64,000 nucleotides of DNA from Dictyostelium discoideum (taxonomy: Eukaryota), in the NCBI GenBank assembly GCA_000004695.1, contig CM000151.3:6528001-6592000 (forward strand), in the 5' to 3' direction. The translations under genes and the position numbers were made by a program. Under the pieces are notes generated by a model. It ran no database searches and was not told where the DNA came from. It saw nothing but the letters and a program-made list of their open reading frames with translations. This document shows positions 26,041-39,408 of this stretch, piece after piece. The number at the start of each line of letters is the position of its first letter. Within the stretch, counting starts at the first letter, position 1.

Positions 26041-27095
26041 TAAAATAACAATAATTAAAAAAAATTAATTTTTACTTAAATTAATAAACCATTATATAAT
26101 CAAATTCGTAAAAAATAAATTTGTTTTTATATTTCTTTATTTTTTTATTTACAATTAAACACTTTTTTTTTTTTTTTTTTTCAATATTTTTTAAACTTTT
26201 TTTTCTTTTTTTTTTTTTATTTTCTTAAAAAAAACATATTGATTTATTATTTAAATATTAATAGTATTTATATATATATTATTTTTATTAATTATTATAA
26301 TATAAAGAATCCCAACCAATTTTTTTTTTTTTTTTTTTTTGTAAGTATGAGCATTTTAATAATCAAATCCATTATTATAATCAATTCAATTCATTGTTAA
26401 ATTTTATTATATAAATTAAGAAATACTTTTTTTTTTTTTTAAGATAATGGTTTTATTATTTAAAAAATTTATCTGTTTTTATTTATATATTTTTTTTTTT
26501 TGAAAATACTATTATTGGATTTTTTTTTTTTTTTTATTTATTTATTTAAAATAAATTAAATTATTTTATTATTTTTTTTAAACAATAATTAATAACAATA
26601 TATAAATTTGTTTGTTGGTATTTTTTAATATTTTTTTTTTTTATTAATCTACACTTTTTAGTTCAAACCAAATCATTAAAATTTTCCATTGTTATTTTGG
26701 TTTTTTTTTTTTTTAAAATTATATTGTGATTGTCGGGTAAATTTCTAAACTTTGAAATCATTTTTTACATAATTTTTTTTTTATTTTTTGGTATTTTAAA
26801 GTTATAATTAGATTTTTTAGATAGTTGGATTAATCCAACTATATAAAAATATAAAAAATTATATTTATATATTTATTTATTCATTCATTTAATTTTAAAT
26901 ATATAAATAGACGCATTAATATTTGTTCAACCACACACACACACAAAAAAAAAAAAAAAAGAAAAAAAAAAAATAATAATATTCACACACACACAACACA
27001 CGATATGCATTACACGCCCCACCATTTTTTTCACATCCTCTGTAATTGAGTATACATAAAATAATAATGAATAAAAAATAAAAAATTAAAAAATA

Positions 27096-27131
<36 letters not shown>

Positions 27132-27352
27132 TATAAAAATAAATTTATTTAATCTATATACCGCCTTTATATATATTGGAAATTAAAGAATATCATATCC
27201 TTTTAATTATATTAAATTTTTTTTTTTTTGTTGTTGTTGTTTGTTGTTGTTGTAGTTGTTGTTGTTGTTACATATTCAAAAAATTAATAATAATTTAAAA
27301 AATAAATATAAATAATATAATTTATTTATTTTTTTTTTAAAAGTTAATAAAT

Positions 27353-27383
<31 letters not shown>

Positions 27384-27829
27384 AATAAAAATTTAATAAT
27401 TAAAAAAAAAAAAAGAATAAAAAGTATTATTCGAACATGATAAAAAAACATCTTTAAATTGATTATATGGTAACTATTTAATCAATCCACTCAATCTTTA
27501 TCATCATTTTATTATCTGCTTCTAAATAAAGGATTTTACTCAAAATTTTTACTATAAAAATAAATTATAATTTAATTTATTTATACCAAACACTCTTGTT
27601 TTTTTAATTTATTTTAATTTTTTTTTTCTTTTTTTATTTATTTTTATAAAAAAAAAAAAAAAGAAAAAATTATAATTTAAATAATTAATGTCACTACTGT
27701 ACAATACAATTTCCAAAACTCAAACAACAAAAAAAACAACCACCACCACAACCACAACAAGAATTGTTATAACAACAATTTTTTTTTTTTTTTTTTTTTT
27801 TTTAAACATATTTATTTATTAATTAATAT

Positions 27830-27863
<34 letters not shown>

Positions 27864-28024
27864 TGGGGAATAAATATGAAAGTGAATATTTGGGTTTTGT
27901 GTTTAAATGCGCTTATTTTTTATCCAAATATAGTTTTTTAAAAATAACAAAAACAACCTATCCTTTAACTAAAAAAAGAAACAATTATTTTTATTATTTA
28001 TAATATTAATAAAATAACTAATTC

Positions 28025-28076
<52 letters not shown>

Positions 28077-28292
28077 AAATTATTAATATTAATTTTTAAA
28101 TTCAATAAAATTTTTAAACCCAAAAATAGATATAAAATTGTTAAATCAAATAAAAATAATTCTCAATAACAATAACATTGTTTTTTTTAAATATTTTAAT
28201 TATTTTTTTTTTTTTTATAAATAAAAAAAATAAAATAAAACAATAAAAACAATTTATTTTCTTAAAAATAAAATAAAATAAAAAATAAAAAA

Positions 28293-29348
28293 ATGATTTA
28301 TAATAATAAAATAATAATAATAATAATAATAATAAATATAATTTTATTAAATAATGTAAATGGTCAAATAGTAAATGCACAATCACAATATAAAAATATT
28401 TATCCATTTCCAAATTTATTGGGGCCAACTGATCCAGGGTTTAGTCATTTTCCATTATTTGAAGATTTAATTTTACATATTCGTTGTTATTATAATAGGG
28501 ATGGTGAAATTGGTGATATAATGCTATTTGATTCTGGGCTACCAATGTTTTCAACATCATTTGGAAACGTCATACAAATGTTAATTGCCAATAATACAAT
28601 GAGCAAGTTGGGTTTATCAACAGCCTGTTTCTTTGATAGATACGGATACGGTTGGTCAGAGATTAGTCCAAAGCCTGTGTTGGCACAGGATTTCGCAAGA
28701 AAGTTAAGAGGTTCCATCCAAATGATACCAGAGTTGGCCAATAGAAAATTCTTTTATTGCGGTTGGAGTTATGGAGGATTGAATGCTCAAACCTATGCAA
28801 TGTTATATCCAAACGATGTTAAAGGTATTCTAACAATCGATGGTACCGATATTGGTGTTATAAATGATCAAAAATGGTTAATGATTCCACGTTTTCTTGA
28901 TATGATCAACTATTTCAAAAGATTACCAAATGAAGAGTTTAAACAATTTTGTAGAAATGGTTCTCTAAGTATTGACTATGGTTGGATTTCCAATGCTATA
29001 AGTTTACCACAAAGTTGTATAGATAAATCACAAGCAGTATACTATAACCCAAATCAAAATTATCTAAATACAATATATCAAGAATTGTCGAATATGATTC
29101 CAAATGCAAATGCTTTGAATAAATTGTACAAAAAAGCCCCAAATCCTTCAAAGCCATTAGGAAACTTACCAATGGTAGTTATGTCCTCTGATCCAGATGA
29201 TGAACCATCTTGGTTTGAAAGACAAATTAAATTATCTGAATTATCTTCAAACTCTATTCAATTAAATTGTCAAAATCATTTCGTACCATTTTATCAACCA
29301 AAATTAGTTATAAATGCAATTGAAGTTTTAAGTGCTAAATCAAAATAA
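28293..29348 (+). CDS. Secreted alpha/beta-hydrolase-fold protein (lipase/esterase-like), 351 aa, single exon
   Basis: The signal peptide is Ile-rich: MIYNNKIIIIIIIINIILLNNVNG. A GxSxG nucleophile elbow is present in FFYCGWSYGGLNAQ, and a C-terminal His candidate lies in NCQNHFVPFY. Confidence 0.6.
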   Translation: MIYNNKIIIIIIIINIILLNNVNGQIVNAQSQYKNIYPFPNLLGPTDPGFSHFPLFEDLILHIRCYYNRDGEIGDIMLFDSGLPMFSTSFGNVIQMLIANNTMSKLGLSTACFFDRYGYGWSEISPKPVLAQDFARKLRGSIQMIPELANRKFFYCGWSYGGLNAQTYAMLYPNDVKGILTIDGTDIGVINDQKWLMIPRFLDMINYFKRLPNEEFKQFCRNGSLSIDYGWISNAISLPQSCIDKSQAVYYNPNQNYLNTIYQELSNMIPNANALNKLYKKAPNPSKPLGNLPMVVMSSDPDDEPSWFERQIKLSELSSNSIQLNCQNHFVPFYQPKLVINAIEVLSAKSK

Positions 29349-29532
29349 ATTTAATTTTTTCCCAACTTTTTTAAAATTATTATAATAATAAAATAATAAC
29401 TATAAAAATAATAATAATAATAATTATAATAATAATAAAAAAAATAATAATAATAATAACAATAATAATAATAATAATAATAATAATTAACTTTTTTTTT
29501 TTTTTATTTCGAATTTTAAAAAAAAAAAAAAG

Positions 29533-29587
<55 letters not shown>

Positions 29588-29759
29588 AAAATATTGTTTA
29601 TCTATTCAATTGTTTAAAACTACTTTCTATTATTTATTAATATAAAATAATATTTCAAAATAAAAAATAAAAAAATAATAATGAAAATTTTTAATAAAAT
29701 ATAAAAAAAAAAAAAAATTATAAAATCTAAATAATTTCCATTTTTAAATATTTTATTAA

Positions 29760-29990
29760 AAAAAGTATCAAACATTGCTCATTTGAGATCGAATTAATAA
29801 TTGATCTCTTTCCAAATCTATTTAAACTTTTGCTCTGAGCCAAATTCTAATTGTTATTCAGACCAAATTATTTTCTTTTAAACTGTGATCTGATGAATTT
29901 TCTTAAAAATAATTTAAAAAAAGATTTTTCTTTTTTTTTTTTTTACATATCATTTAATTCGATCTTAAATGAGAAATATTTAATACTTTT
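29760..29990. mobile_element. MITE-like or foldback element of about 230 bp bounded by ~38-bp imperfect terminal inverted repeats
   Basis: The left arm at 29761-29798 is AAAGTATCAAACATTGCTCATTTGAGATCGAATTAA. The right arm at 29951-29990 is TTAATTCGATCTTAAATGAGAAATATTTAATACTTTT. About 34 of 38 bases are reverse-complementary. An internal GAGATC..GATCTC palindrome is also present. It lies in intergenic DNA between the hydrolase and Rab-like genes and has no coding capacity. Confidence 0.45.
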
Positions 29991-30112
29991 TTTAATAAAT
30001 ATTTTGTCTTTGATTTTTTAATTTTTTTTAAAAAACCTATATTTAATTTCAAATTTTTTTTTTTTTCCCACACTTTTTTCATTTTTCGCCTATCTAAATT
30101 AATTATTTAAAA

Positions 30113-30661
30113 ATGAAAACAGCAAAAACAGACCATTATTTATTCAAAATTCTTTTAGTTGGTGATGGTAATGTTGGAAAGAGTTCAATGATTGAAAGAT
30201 TTATTGATGATACATGGAATGATACATATATAGTAACTAGAGATCAAACTTTTAAAGAGAAATATATTTATTTAAATGAAAATACAATTAAACTTCAAAT
30301 TTGGGATATGGAAAGGTTAAAAATGGTATACCGTAGTGCACATGGTATTATAATTGTTTTCGATTTCACTAATCAAGATTCATTTAATAACATTAGAAGA
30401 TGGTTATCTGAAATTGAAAGATATGCACATGAAGAGGTAAATTTATTATTGGTTGGAAATAAAATTGATTTATATGATCAAAGAGTAATATCAACTGACC
30501 AAGTCAACTTATTAATAGAACAGTTAAATGGCATTTTTAATTTTAATTTGAATTTTATTGAAGTCAGTGCAAAAAAAAATATAAACCTTGAACAATCTTT
30601 CATCACAATTACAAATGATATGTTAAATCGTTATTTGGAGGGTTCTAAAAATACAACCCAA

Positions 30662-30714
<53 letters not shown>

Positions 30715-30769
30715 TAATAATAGTAATAATAAACCAAGAAAGAAATCATCATTTTGTATAAATCAATGA
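30113..30769 (+). CDS. Rab1-like small GTPase paralog (218 aa) with a deleted or degenerate switch II and a C-terminal CaaX box (CINQ); a likely pseudo-GTPase
   Basis: It carries G1 (LLVGDGNVGKS), G4 (LVGNKIDL) and G5 (SAK) motifs and a Rab-family signature YLFKILLVGD..FIDDTW. Where [22 protein letters not shown] is expected, it reads IWDMERLKMVYRSAHG, so about 7 aa including the DTAGQ motif are missing. It ends poly-N..KPRKKSSFCINQ*. Confidence 0.65.
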
Positions 30770-31014
30770 GTCCAAATATGTTAATTTTTTTTTTTTAGAG
30801 AAAATTATAAATATCCAAACATGTACATAAAATTATTGTAATATAAAAAAAAAAAACAATTTAATAAAAATATAAAACCTTTTTTGTTAATTTAATTTAT
30901 GTTTAATATAATTTAATTATTTAATATTTTATTTTTACTAATTAATATAATTAAAAATGTTAAAATTTGAAATAATTATTATATTATTTTCTTTTTCTTA
31001 ATTCTTTTTCCTTT

Positions 31015-31047
<33 letters not shown>

Positions 31048-31101
31048 TTCTACTTATATGTGATAATTATTATTATTATTATTATATTTTTCTTTTTTTT
31101 T

Positions 31102-32255
31102 TTAAAGATTTGAAATTAATTTTTCAGATTCTTCATCTTCTCTATCTTTAAAAGATACTTCAGTTTCATCATCAGATTCACTTTCACTTGAATCTTGATT
31201 ATTAATCATATTTGATTTTGCCAATTCTTCACTATTGTCAACGATTACACGTGGAGGACGTAAGAAAAGGTTAATACCACAAAATACCATAAATGCTTCT
31301 GCGACTAATAGTGGAATTAAAAGGAAGAGACTATTGATATTATGTTGTTGATCAGTGGCAAGAATTAAGAGTACTTTGAAAACTATTGAACAAATTGTGA
31401 TGAAAATGATTGAAAGCAGTTGACCGATTGAGAAAGTTGCAGTATCTTTTGAACCCAATGAAAAAATCAATAAAAAGAAAGAGAAGCAAGAAGCGATAAT
31501 ATCACCAATGAAAAGGGACACAAAACAAACGGCCAACTTTGCATCGTAAAGACCATCCAATTTAAGTGCTATCATAATTGCTGCAGGCGTTAGTATTGCG
31601 CCAGTAAACAATAGTGGTAGCCCGTTGACGATGTATTTGGTTTTACGTTGTGGTGTCGATTTACCATCGACAAATATAATACCAAACAGTAGTGAGAAGA
31701 TACCCATTACAAATACTGAGCCAAATGTAAAGAGTAACGGTATCATCATAACACTGAATCCAAAGGTATTGTATTTGAAATGTATAATTGTGAATACCAC
31801 AAACACTGTCAACCCAAAAACACTAAGACGCCAAACCAATCTGATAATCCACGATACTAAATTCGAGAGTACCCTTGATCCTGTCGCCAAATAACTTGCT
31901 GCCAATATAACATAAACCGGTATAAATAATATCCAATAACTCCAATCAATATATCCATCAATATATAGGCCAATGAATATCGTAAATACAATTGATGATA
32001 AACCAATGATTTGTAATATCGAGCCTACAATTCTCCAAAACTTTTGATTATTTGTTCTATTCATTTTCTTTTGTTTCTTTATTTCTATCTTTTCTTCAAC
32101 ATCTTTATTATTAATTCCTATCTTATATTTACTACTACCATTACCATTACCATTACCATTACCACCACCACCACCTTGTAAATCATTATTACTACCTCCA
32201 ATACTATTAAGTTTATTATTTGATTTATTATACACTATACTATTATGTTTATTTA

Positions 32256-32312
<57 letters not shown>

Positions 32313-32574
32313 TACTACTATCTCCTCTATATCCTGACCTACTATTGGGCCTACTTGAATTTCTACTTGAATTGTTACTAATGTCTATACCATTATATTT
32401 TGTGATTTGTGCTGATGGTGAATTATTCCCACTTGTATTATCTTTTCTTGGTGTACCATTTTCACTATTACTGATACCAATATTTAATGAAGATGGTGAA
32501 TTGGCATTATTTGGTGATGAAGAGGTTGAGGATGATGATGTTGATAGTAATGATGTATTTTCATTTTCTATCAT
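31102..32574 (-). CDS. Multi-pass membrane protein (490 aa) with an Asn/Ser-rich N-terminal region and an acidic C-terminal tail; function unknown
   Basis: The ATG..TAA ORF on the minus strand encodes at least 8 hydrophobic helices in its C-terminal two-thirds (FWRIVGSILQIIGLSSIVFTIFIGLYIDGY.. through ..LLIPLLVAEAFMVFCGINLFL). The plus-strand ORFs at 31625..31894 and 32345..32593 are antisense artefacts. Confidence 0.55.
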
Positions 32575-32877
32575 TGTAATTATTATTATTTAATAATTTT
32601 TTTTGTTTTTTATTTATTTATTTATTTATTTAATTTGTTTTCTTTCCTTTTCTTTGTGTTTTTTTTTTTTATTTTATTTTATTTTTTTTTTTTATGTGTT
32701 TTTTTTTTTTTTTTTTTTACTTTTTTTTTTTTTTTTTTTAATTTTTTTTTTCCAAATAAAATTAAAATGAATGGTATGAATTATGAATTTAATTAAAAAT
32801 ATAAATAAATAAACATTATTTTAACAAAAAAAATTAAACAAAAAAAAAAAAAAAATAATAAAATAAAGAAAAAAAAA

Positions 32878-32911
<34 letters not shown>

Positions 32912-33149
32912 CAATAATCGACCAAATGAATAGCAGAATTTATGGATGTAACTCTCAAAAAAAAGAGTTCAAAAATATTTTTTTTTTTTTTTTTTTTTTT
33001 CAATTTTGGTTTTTTTTATAAAACCATTTAAACAAAATATCTTAAAAAGTCGGAAAAACAATAATCAAAAAGGCTTTGGTTAAAGAAATAGTTTGATTGT
33101 TCTTAAGAATAGTCATATTTAGTTAAAAAACATATCAAAAAAAGAAAAC

Positions 33150-33186
<37 letters not shown>

Positions 33187-33862
33187 AAAAAAAAAAAAAA
33201 AAAAATACAATTGACATGAGGGGTCATATCTTGATTTGGATATTTTTAAAATAAAAAAAAAAAAATAAAAATAAAAAAGAATAGAATAAAAAAATAAAAA
33301 AGAATAAAATAAAAAAGAAAATAAAAAATAACAATAATAATTATTATAAAATAAAATAATAAATTATGATTAATAATTTTACTTTGAAGTAAATTCAAAA
33401 CAATTCGCCTAAATTTGACCCACTCAAAAAATCAAAAAAAAAAAAAAAACCTTTTTTTTTAAGCAATTCCTTAAAATTAATTGATTTATCAAATAAATTG
33501 TTAAATTATAAATAAATAATTTTAATAAATAATAAAAAATGTAAATATTAATTTTATTAAAATATCATTATTTTTTTTTATTTTTTTTATTTATTTTTTT
33601 TTATTTTTTTTATTTTTTTTAATGTTTTTTTTTATTATTTTTTTTATTATTTTTATTAATTTTATTTTTTTTAATTTTTATTTTTTTTTAATTTCTCAAA
33701 TATTTAATTTTTTTTTTTTAAAATTTTAAAATAAAATTTTTTTTTTATTTTTTTTTAAAAAAAAAATCATACACACACAATAAGAACAAGAAAAAATAAA
33801 AAAAAAAAAGAATAGGTATATAAAAAAAAAAAGAATAGGTATATAAAAAAAAACAAAAAAAA

Positions 33863-35973
33863 ATGTCATTGTATCCAAATTTACAACCACAACCAATAAA
33901 ATTAAATAGCGAGGTATGCCTTTTCAAAATTAAAAAAATAAAAAATAAAAATTTTTTTTTTTTTTTTCCCTCATATTAACCTATGCGAATATTATTATTA
34001 CAATTATCAAAAAAAAAAAATAAAAAAAAAAAACTATATATAGGTCAAAGGTGAAGCATTATATTCAGGATGGTTACAAAAGAAAGGTGATAAAGGAGTA
34101 GTACTATTATGGAAAAAAAGATATTTCTCTGTAGATAGAAACTCAATTAATTATTATACAGACCAAACATTACAAGAACAAAAAGGCTCAATACAATGGG
34201 AATCAGTTTCAGGTATAGAGTTTACAAATGCATCAATGCTTTGGAATGATTGTAGATATTTTGAAATTCAAACTGTAAGTTTTTTTTAAATTAATATTAA
34301 TTTATTATTTTTATTATTTTTATTATTAACAATATATAAAAATAACTTTTAATAAAAAAAAAAAGACATCAAAAAGAACATATTATTTATTTTCTGAAGA
34401 TCAAGTAGTTTCTTTAGATTGGGTTACAAATCTTCAAAAGTTATGGAGTCATTATAAACAATCATTACTTTTAATAAATCATGATAATAGTAGTAATGGA
34501 AGTAATAATATCGATAATTCATATAGTAATAATGTAAATAATTTTGATAGTGCAGCAGCAGCAGCAACAGCAACATCACCGACATCTGATATAGGAGTAA
34601 CAACCACCACCACAGAAACAACAAATGAATATACAAATTGTAATGATAGTTTTAATAATAATAATAATAATAACAATGGATTTGAAGAGAATAATAATCA
34701 ATATAGGTCATCACAATATAAAGACTTTTTAAATTATTCACAACCATATTATAATCATTTCTATGATAATATTGGTAAACCAATTCAACCACAAAATGAT
34801 TCATTATTGAATATACCACCACGTCCAGCTGGTCCATTACGTGAATTAAATCAAGAATTGGTAAAAGATATATTACCATCAGAAGGAATGGATTTAGATT
34901 TCTATTATCAATCTACTGTTCATTTTAGTAATCTTTTATTAACATCTGGCTCCGATTATGCCTTGTTATCAAGTTATTTAATTTTATCAATTTTAGATTG
35001 GGATAATAAAAAAACTCAACCATTACCATATGCATGTACACCACCCTATGAAAGTGATATAGTATTTCCTTATTTTACTTATTCATTACAATTAATTAGA
35101 AATGTAAATATAATTATTAGTTATTTTTTTTAAAAAAAAAAAAAAAATTGTCATTATTAACTTTTTTTTTTTTTTTTATTTTTTTTATTTTTATTTTAGG
35201 AAATTTTAAATAAATGGCAACAAAAAGGACCAAATTATTGTACACAAATTGATTTATTTTCAAAAAAGAAAAGAAAGAATTTCCCATTATTATTAGAGAA
35301 TGAAGATAGAGAAACTTTTTTACAAAGAAATTTATTATTATTAAATTATACATTGAAATCATTGATTAGTGGTAATAAATTAGCAGCTATTGAAGATAGT
35401 ATTTGTGTATTAATAGATAGATTCTTGGAGAATTATGAATCATTACCATCATTTAAATATGGTGGATTCCTTTGGAAAGAGATTGAGGCTGCAACTACAA
35501 CTCAAGAAATCTCATCAAAAGATAAAACCACATTTAAGAATGTTTTAATGTCATATCTTTTCTATCAAAAATTAAATTTAGAGAAAAAGAATAACACAAG
35601 ATTACAATTCGATTCGACAATCTCTCAACGTTATGAAAGTGTAGGTCATAGTTTTAGTCAATTGTTACATCAACATCCATTGTTTACACCTTATCAAGGT
35701 CATATTCAAAGAACCATCGTTAGAATCTTTTTCTTATGGCAAAAGGATCTACCATTGTGTGAATCAACCTCTACCTTTGAAGTCTCTGTCTATAGAAATT
35801 ATAAGGTATTCTCTAGAATGCTCAACCGAATTAACTCTTTTATTTTCCCACAACTTTATACATCAATCAAAGATATTAGAGATTTATTATTTAAAATTGT
35901 TGAACCTCAAATGGGTGGTTTTGATATAAATAACATTGATTCAACAAGTCTTGATTCAATAATTAATAGTTAA
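33863..35973 (+). CDS. PH-domain-containing protein (~597 aa), four exons 33863..33913, 34044..34274, 34366..35103 and 35200..35973
   Basis: Exon 1 is MSLYPNLQPQPIKLNSE followed by a GTATGC donor. Exon 2 is VKGEALYSGWLQKKGDKGVVLLWKKRYFSVDRNSINYYTD..WESVSGIEF..RYFEIQT followed by a GTAAGT donor, which is a PH-domain signature. Exon 3 ends ..LQLIRN followed by GTAAAT at 35104. A 96-nt intron then ends in TTTTATTTTAG|, and exon 4 (EILNKWQQKGPNYC..) is in frame with the listed ORF 35353..35973. All introns are phase 0. Confidence 0.6.
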
Positions 35974-36891
35974 AAAAAAAAAAAAATTTTGTTTTATTTT
36001 AGTAATATTTTTAATTTAAATCAAATAACAAATAATAAATAACATATTTTAAAATTGGTATATATATAATTTTTTTTTTTTTTTTGTTGTTGTTAAATTG
36101 GATAATGGTTTTTTTTTTTTTTTTCTTTAAATTAATTCTAAAAATCAATTTTTTTGACCTTGGAGATCGTGAAGATCTGTATGGTGATTTTTTTTTTTTT
36201 TTTTTAAATTCTAAAAATAGATTTTTATTTTTATTCCAATGTAATTTTTAATTTGACGAAAGTCATTATATAGTCTCAAGAGTATAACACTAGTCTTCAA
36301 TTGGATTGAACTATATTTTAATTTGATCGCTTTTGGTCACCCAATCATGTTTCCAGTGGTTACTATTGATTGGTTGTTTGTCAAGCGCTTCTGGGTATAA
36401 TAAAGAATATATTCTATTGAATATACAATTAATCGTCCCGACTATAGTACAGAGGTTGCTGAAACCTTTAAAGTGTATTATTTTTCTTCTTTTATATTTT
36501 AATATTTGTTTAAAAAAAAAAAAAATAAAGTGTTTCATACCTGCATTTGATAGATTAATTCTTTCAATTTTTTATTTTTTTTTTTGAAATTTTTGTTAAA
36601 TTTACGCATTTTTAAAAAAAAAATGGCAAAGATTGATTTTCTGTTTAAAATGCCATTATGGCGTTGGCATCTTATGAAATATTTTGCTTCCACGTAATTC
36701 TTTTAAAAAAAAATTACAAAAAAAAATTAAAAAAAAATAAAAAAAAATAAAATAAAAAATCGAAAATAAAAAAAAAAATTAAATTGTTCAATTCATTTTT
36801 TTTTTCATAAATTAAATTAAACACAATATAAATAAATAAATATAAATAATTAAATAAAAATAAAAAATAAAAAAAAAAATAAATAAATAAA

Positions 36892-37379
36892 ATGGAATCA
36901 AAACAAGTTGAAAATAAAAAAGTTGAAGTTATTGAACCATTTGAAGATTTAACAGGTGTAGGTGCACCATATAAAAAAGAATCAAGATCTCAATATTTAG
37001 AAAGAAGACATAAAGAAGAAGATGAAACTAGAAGTATTTTTTATAAAGAAGGTCTTAAAGGTGGTTTAATTTTTTCTGGTGTTGCCACTACTGGTATTGC
37101 TGCTGCTTGTTTCAAATGTATGTTTTTTTTTTAAATATAAATATAAATAAATAAATAAAAAATACTCATACCTTCTTCTCTTTTTTTTTTTTTTTTAATA
37201 TAACAGCCCATACTTTTAAAAAATCAGTAACATGGAATATAAGAGCATTTTTAGTATCATCAGCATTCATTGCAGGTTTTTGGATTTATGGTGAAACTGC
37301 TTCAATGAAATTAATGAAACAAAGAGTATACGATGAAATGGATCAATATTATAATCACCCAGATGAAAAAAAGAATTAA
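36892..37379 (+). CDS. Small two-TM membrane protein (132 aa, HIG1/respiratory-supercomplex-factor-like topology); two exons 36892..37117 and 37207..37379
   Basis: Exon 1 is MESKQVENKK..GGLIFSGVATTGIAAACFK. A phase-1 intron follows, with donor T|GTATGT at 37118 and acceptor AATATAACAG| at 37205-06. Exon 2 is SHTFKKSVTWNIRAFLVSSAFIAGFWIYGETASMKLMKQRVYDEMDQYYNHPDEKKN*. Confidence 0.55.
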
Positions 37380-37456
37380 AAATAATTAAATAGTAATATA
37401 TAAAATAAAATAAAAAAATAAAAAAATTATTCCTCTTCTTAATAAAAAATATAACG

Positions 37457-37492
<36 letters not shown>

Positions 37493-37731
37493 GATGTACA
37501 AATAGTTAAATTTCCCCTCTTCTCTTCCTCTCCTTTCTTTCTCTTCCTCTCCCTTTTTTTATTTTGTTTTTTTCTTTTTGAGTAATTTTAGTAAGAAAAA
37601 AAAAAAAAAATAACAAAAGAAATAAAGACAAATAATATTATTTATTTTCATTGCGCGTTGCTTAAAACAAAATTTTTTTTTTTATAAATATGTTTTTAAT
37701 TTATTTTATTTTATTTTATTTAATATTTAAT

Positions 37732-38716
<985 letters not shown>

Positions 38717-39292
38717 TTTTTATATATTTATCTGTATATTTGTTTATTTGTATTTATTTTAATTAATTTTATATTTTTTAAAGTTTATAATGTATGATTG
38801 TGTTTTATATTGAATTGTTTATATTTTTTTTTATTCTTTTAAAAAAAAGTAATGTACTATTAAATATTTCAAAAAGAAAGAAAAAAAAAAAAACGATTTT
38901 AATAAACTATAGTTTATTTATTTATATTTGATTAAAATTTATTGCTTAAAAGTTATTCTTCTATATATATATATATACTTTATATATACATATATTTTAA
39001 TTTAAAAAATTAAAAAAAAAAAAAAAAGTGAAAAATTAAATTTTATTTTTTTTTATTTTTTTTTTTTTTATTTTTACCAGCGCTGTGTGTAGAAAAAAAA
39101 AAAAATAAAAAAAAAATAAAAAAAAAATATATTATTTTTAATTTTTATTTGATTGGAATTATCATTGTAATTAGGAGTAATTTAAAACGAGTTTAATTTG
39201 AAATAAAAGTTATAAATTATTACCTTTTTTTTTTTTATTATTCTATATTTTATTTTTTTTTAATTAAAAAATTTTTATTTTTTAGTCCGATT

Positions 39293-39324
<32 letters not shown>

Positions 39325-39347
39325 CCAAAAATTTTATTATTCATCCA

Positions 39348-39378
<31 letters not shown>

Positions 39379-39408
39379 ATATTTAATAATTAATTTTTTA
39401 AATTATTA

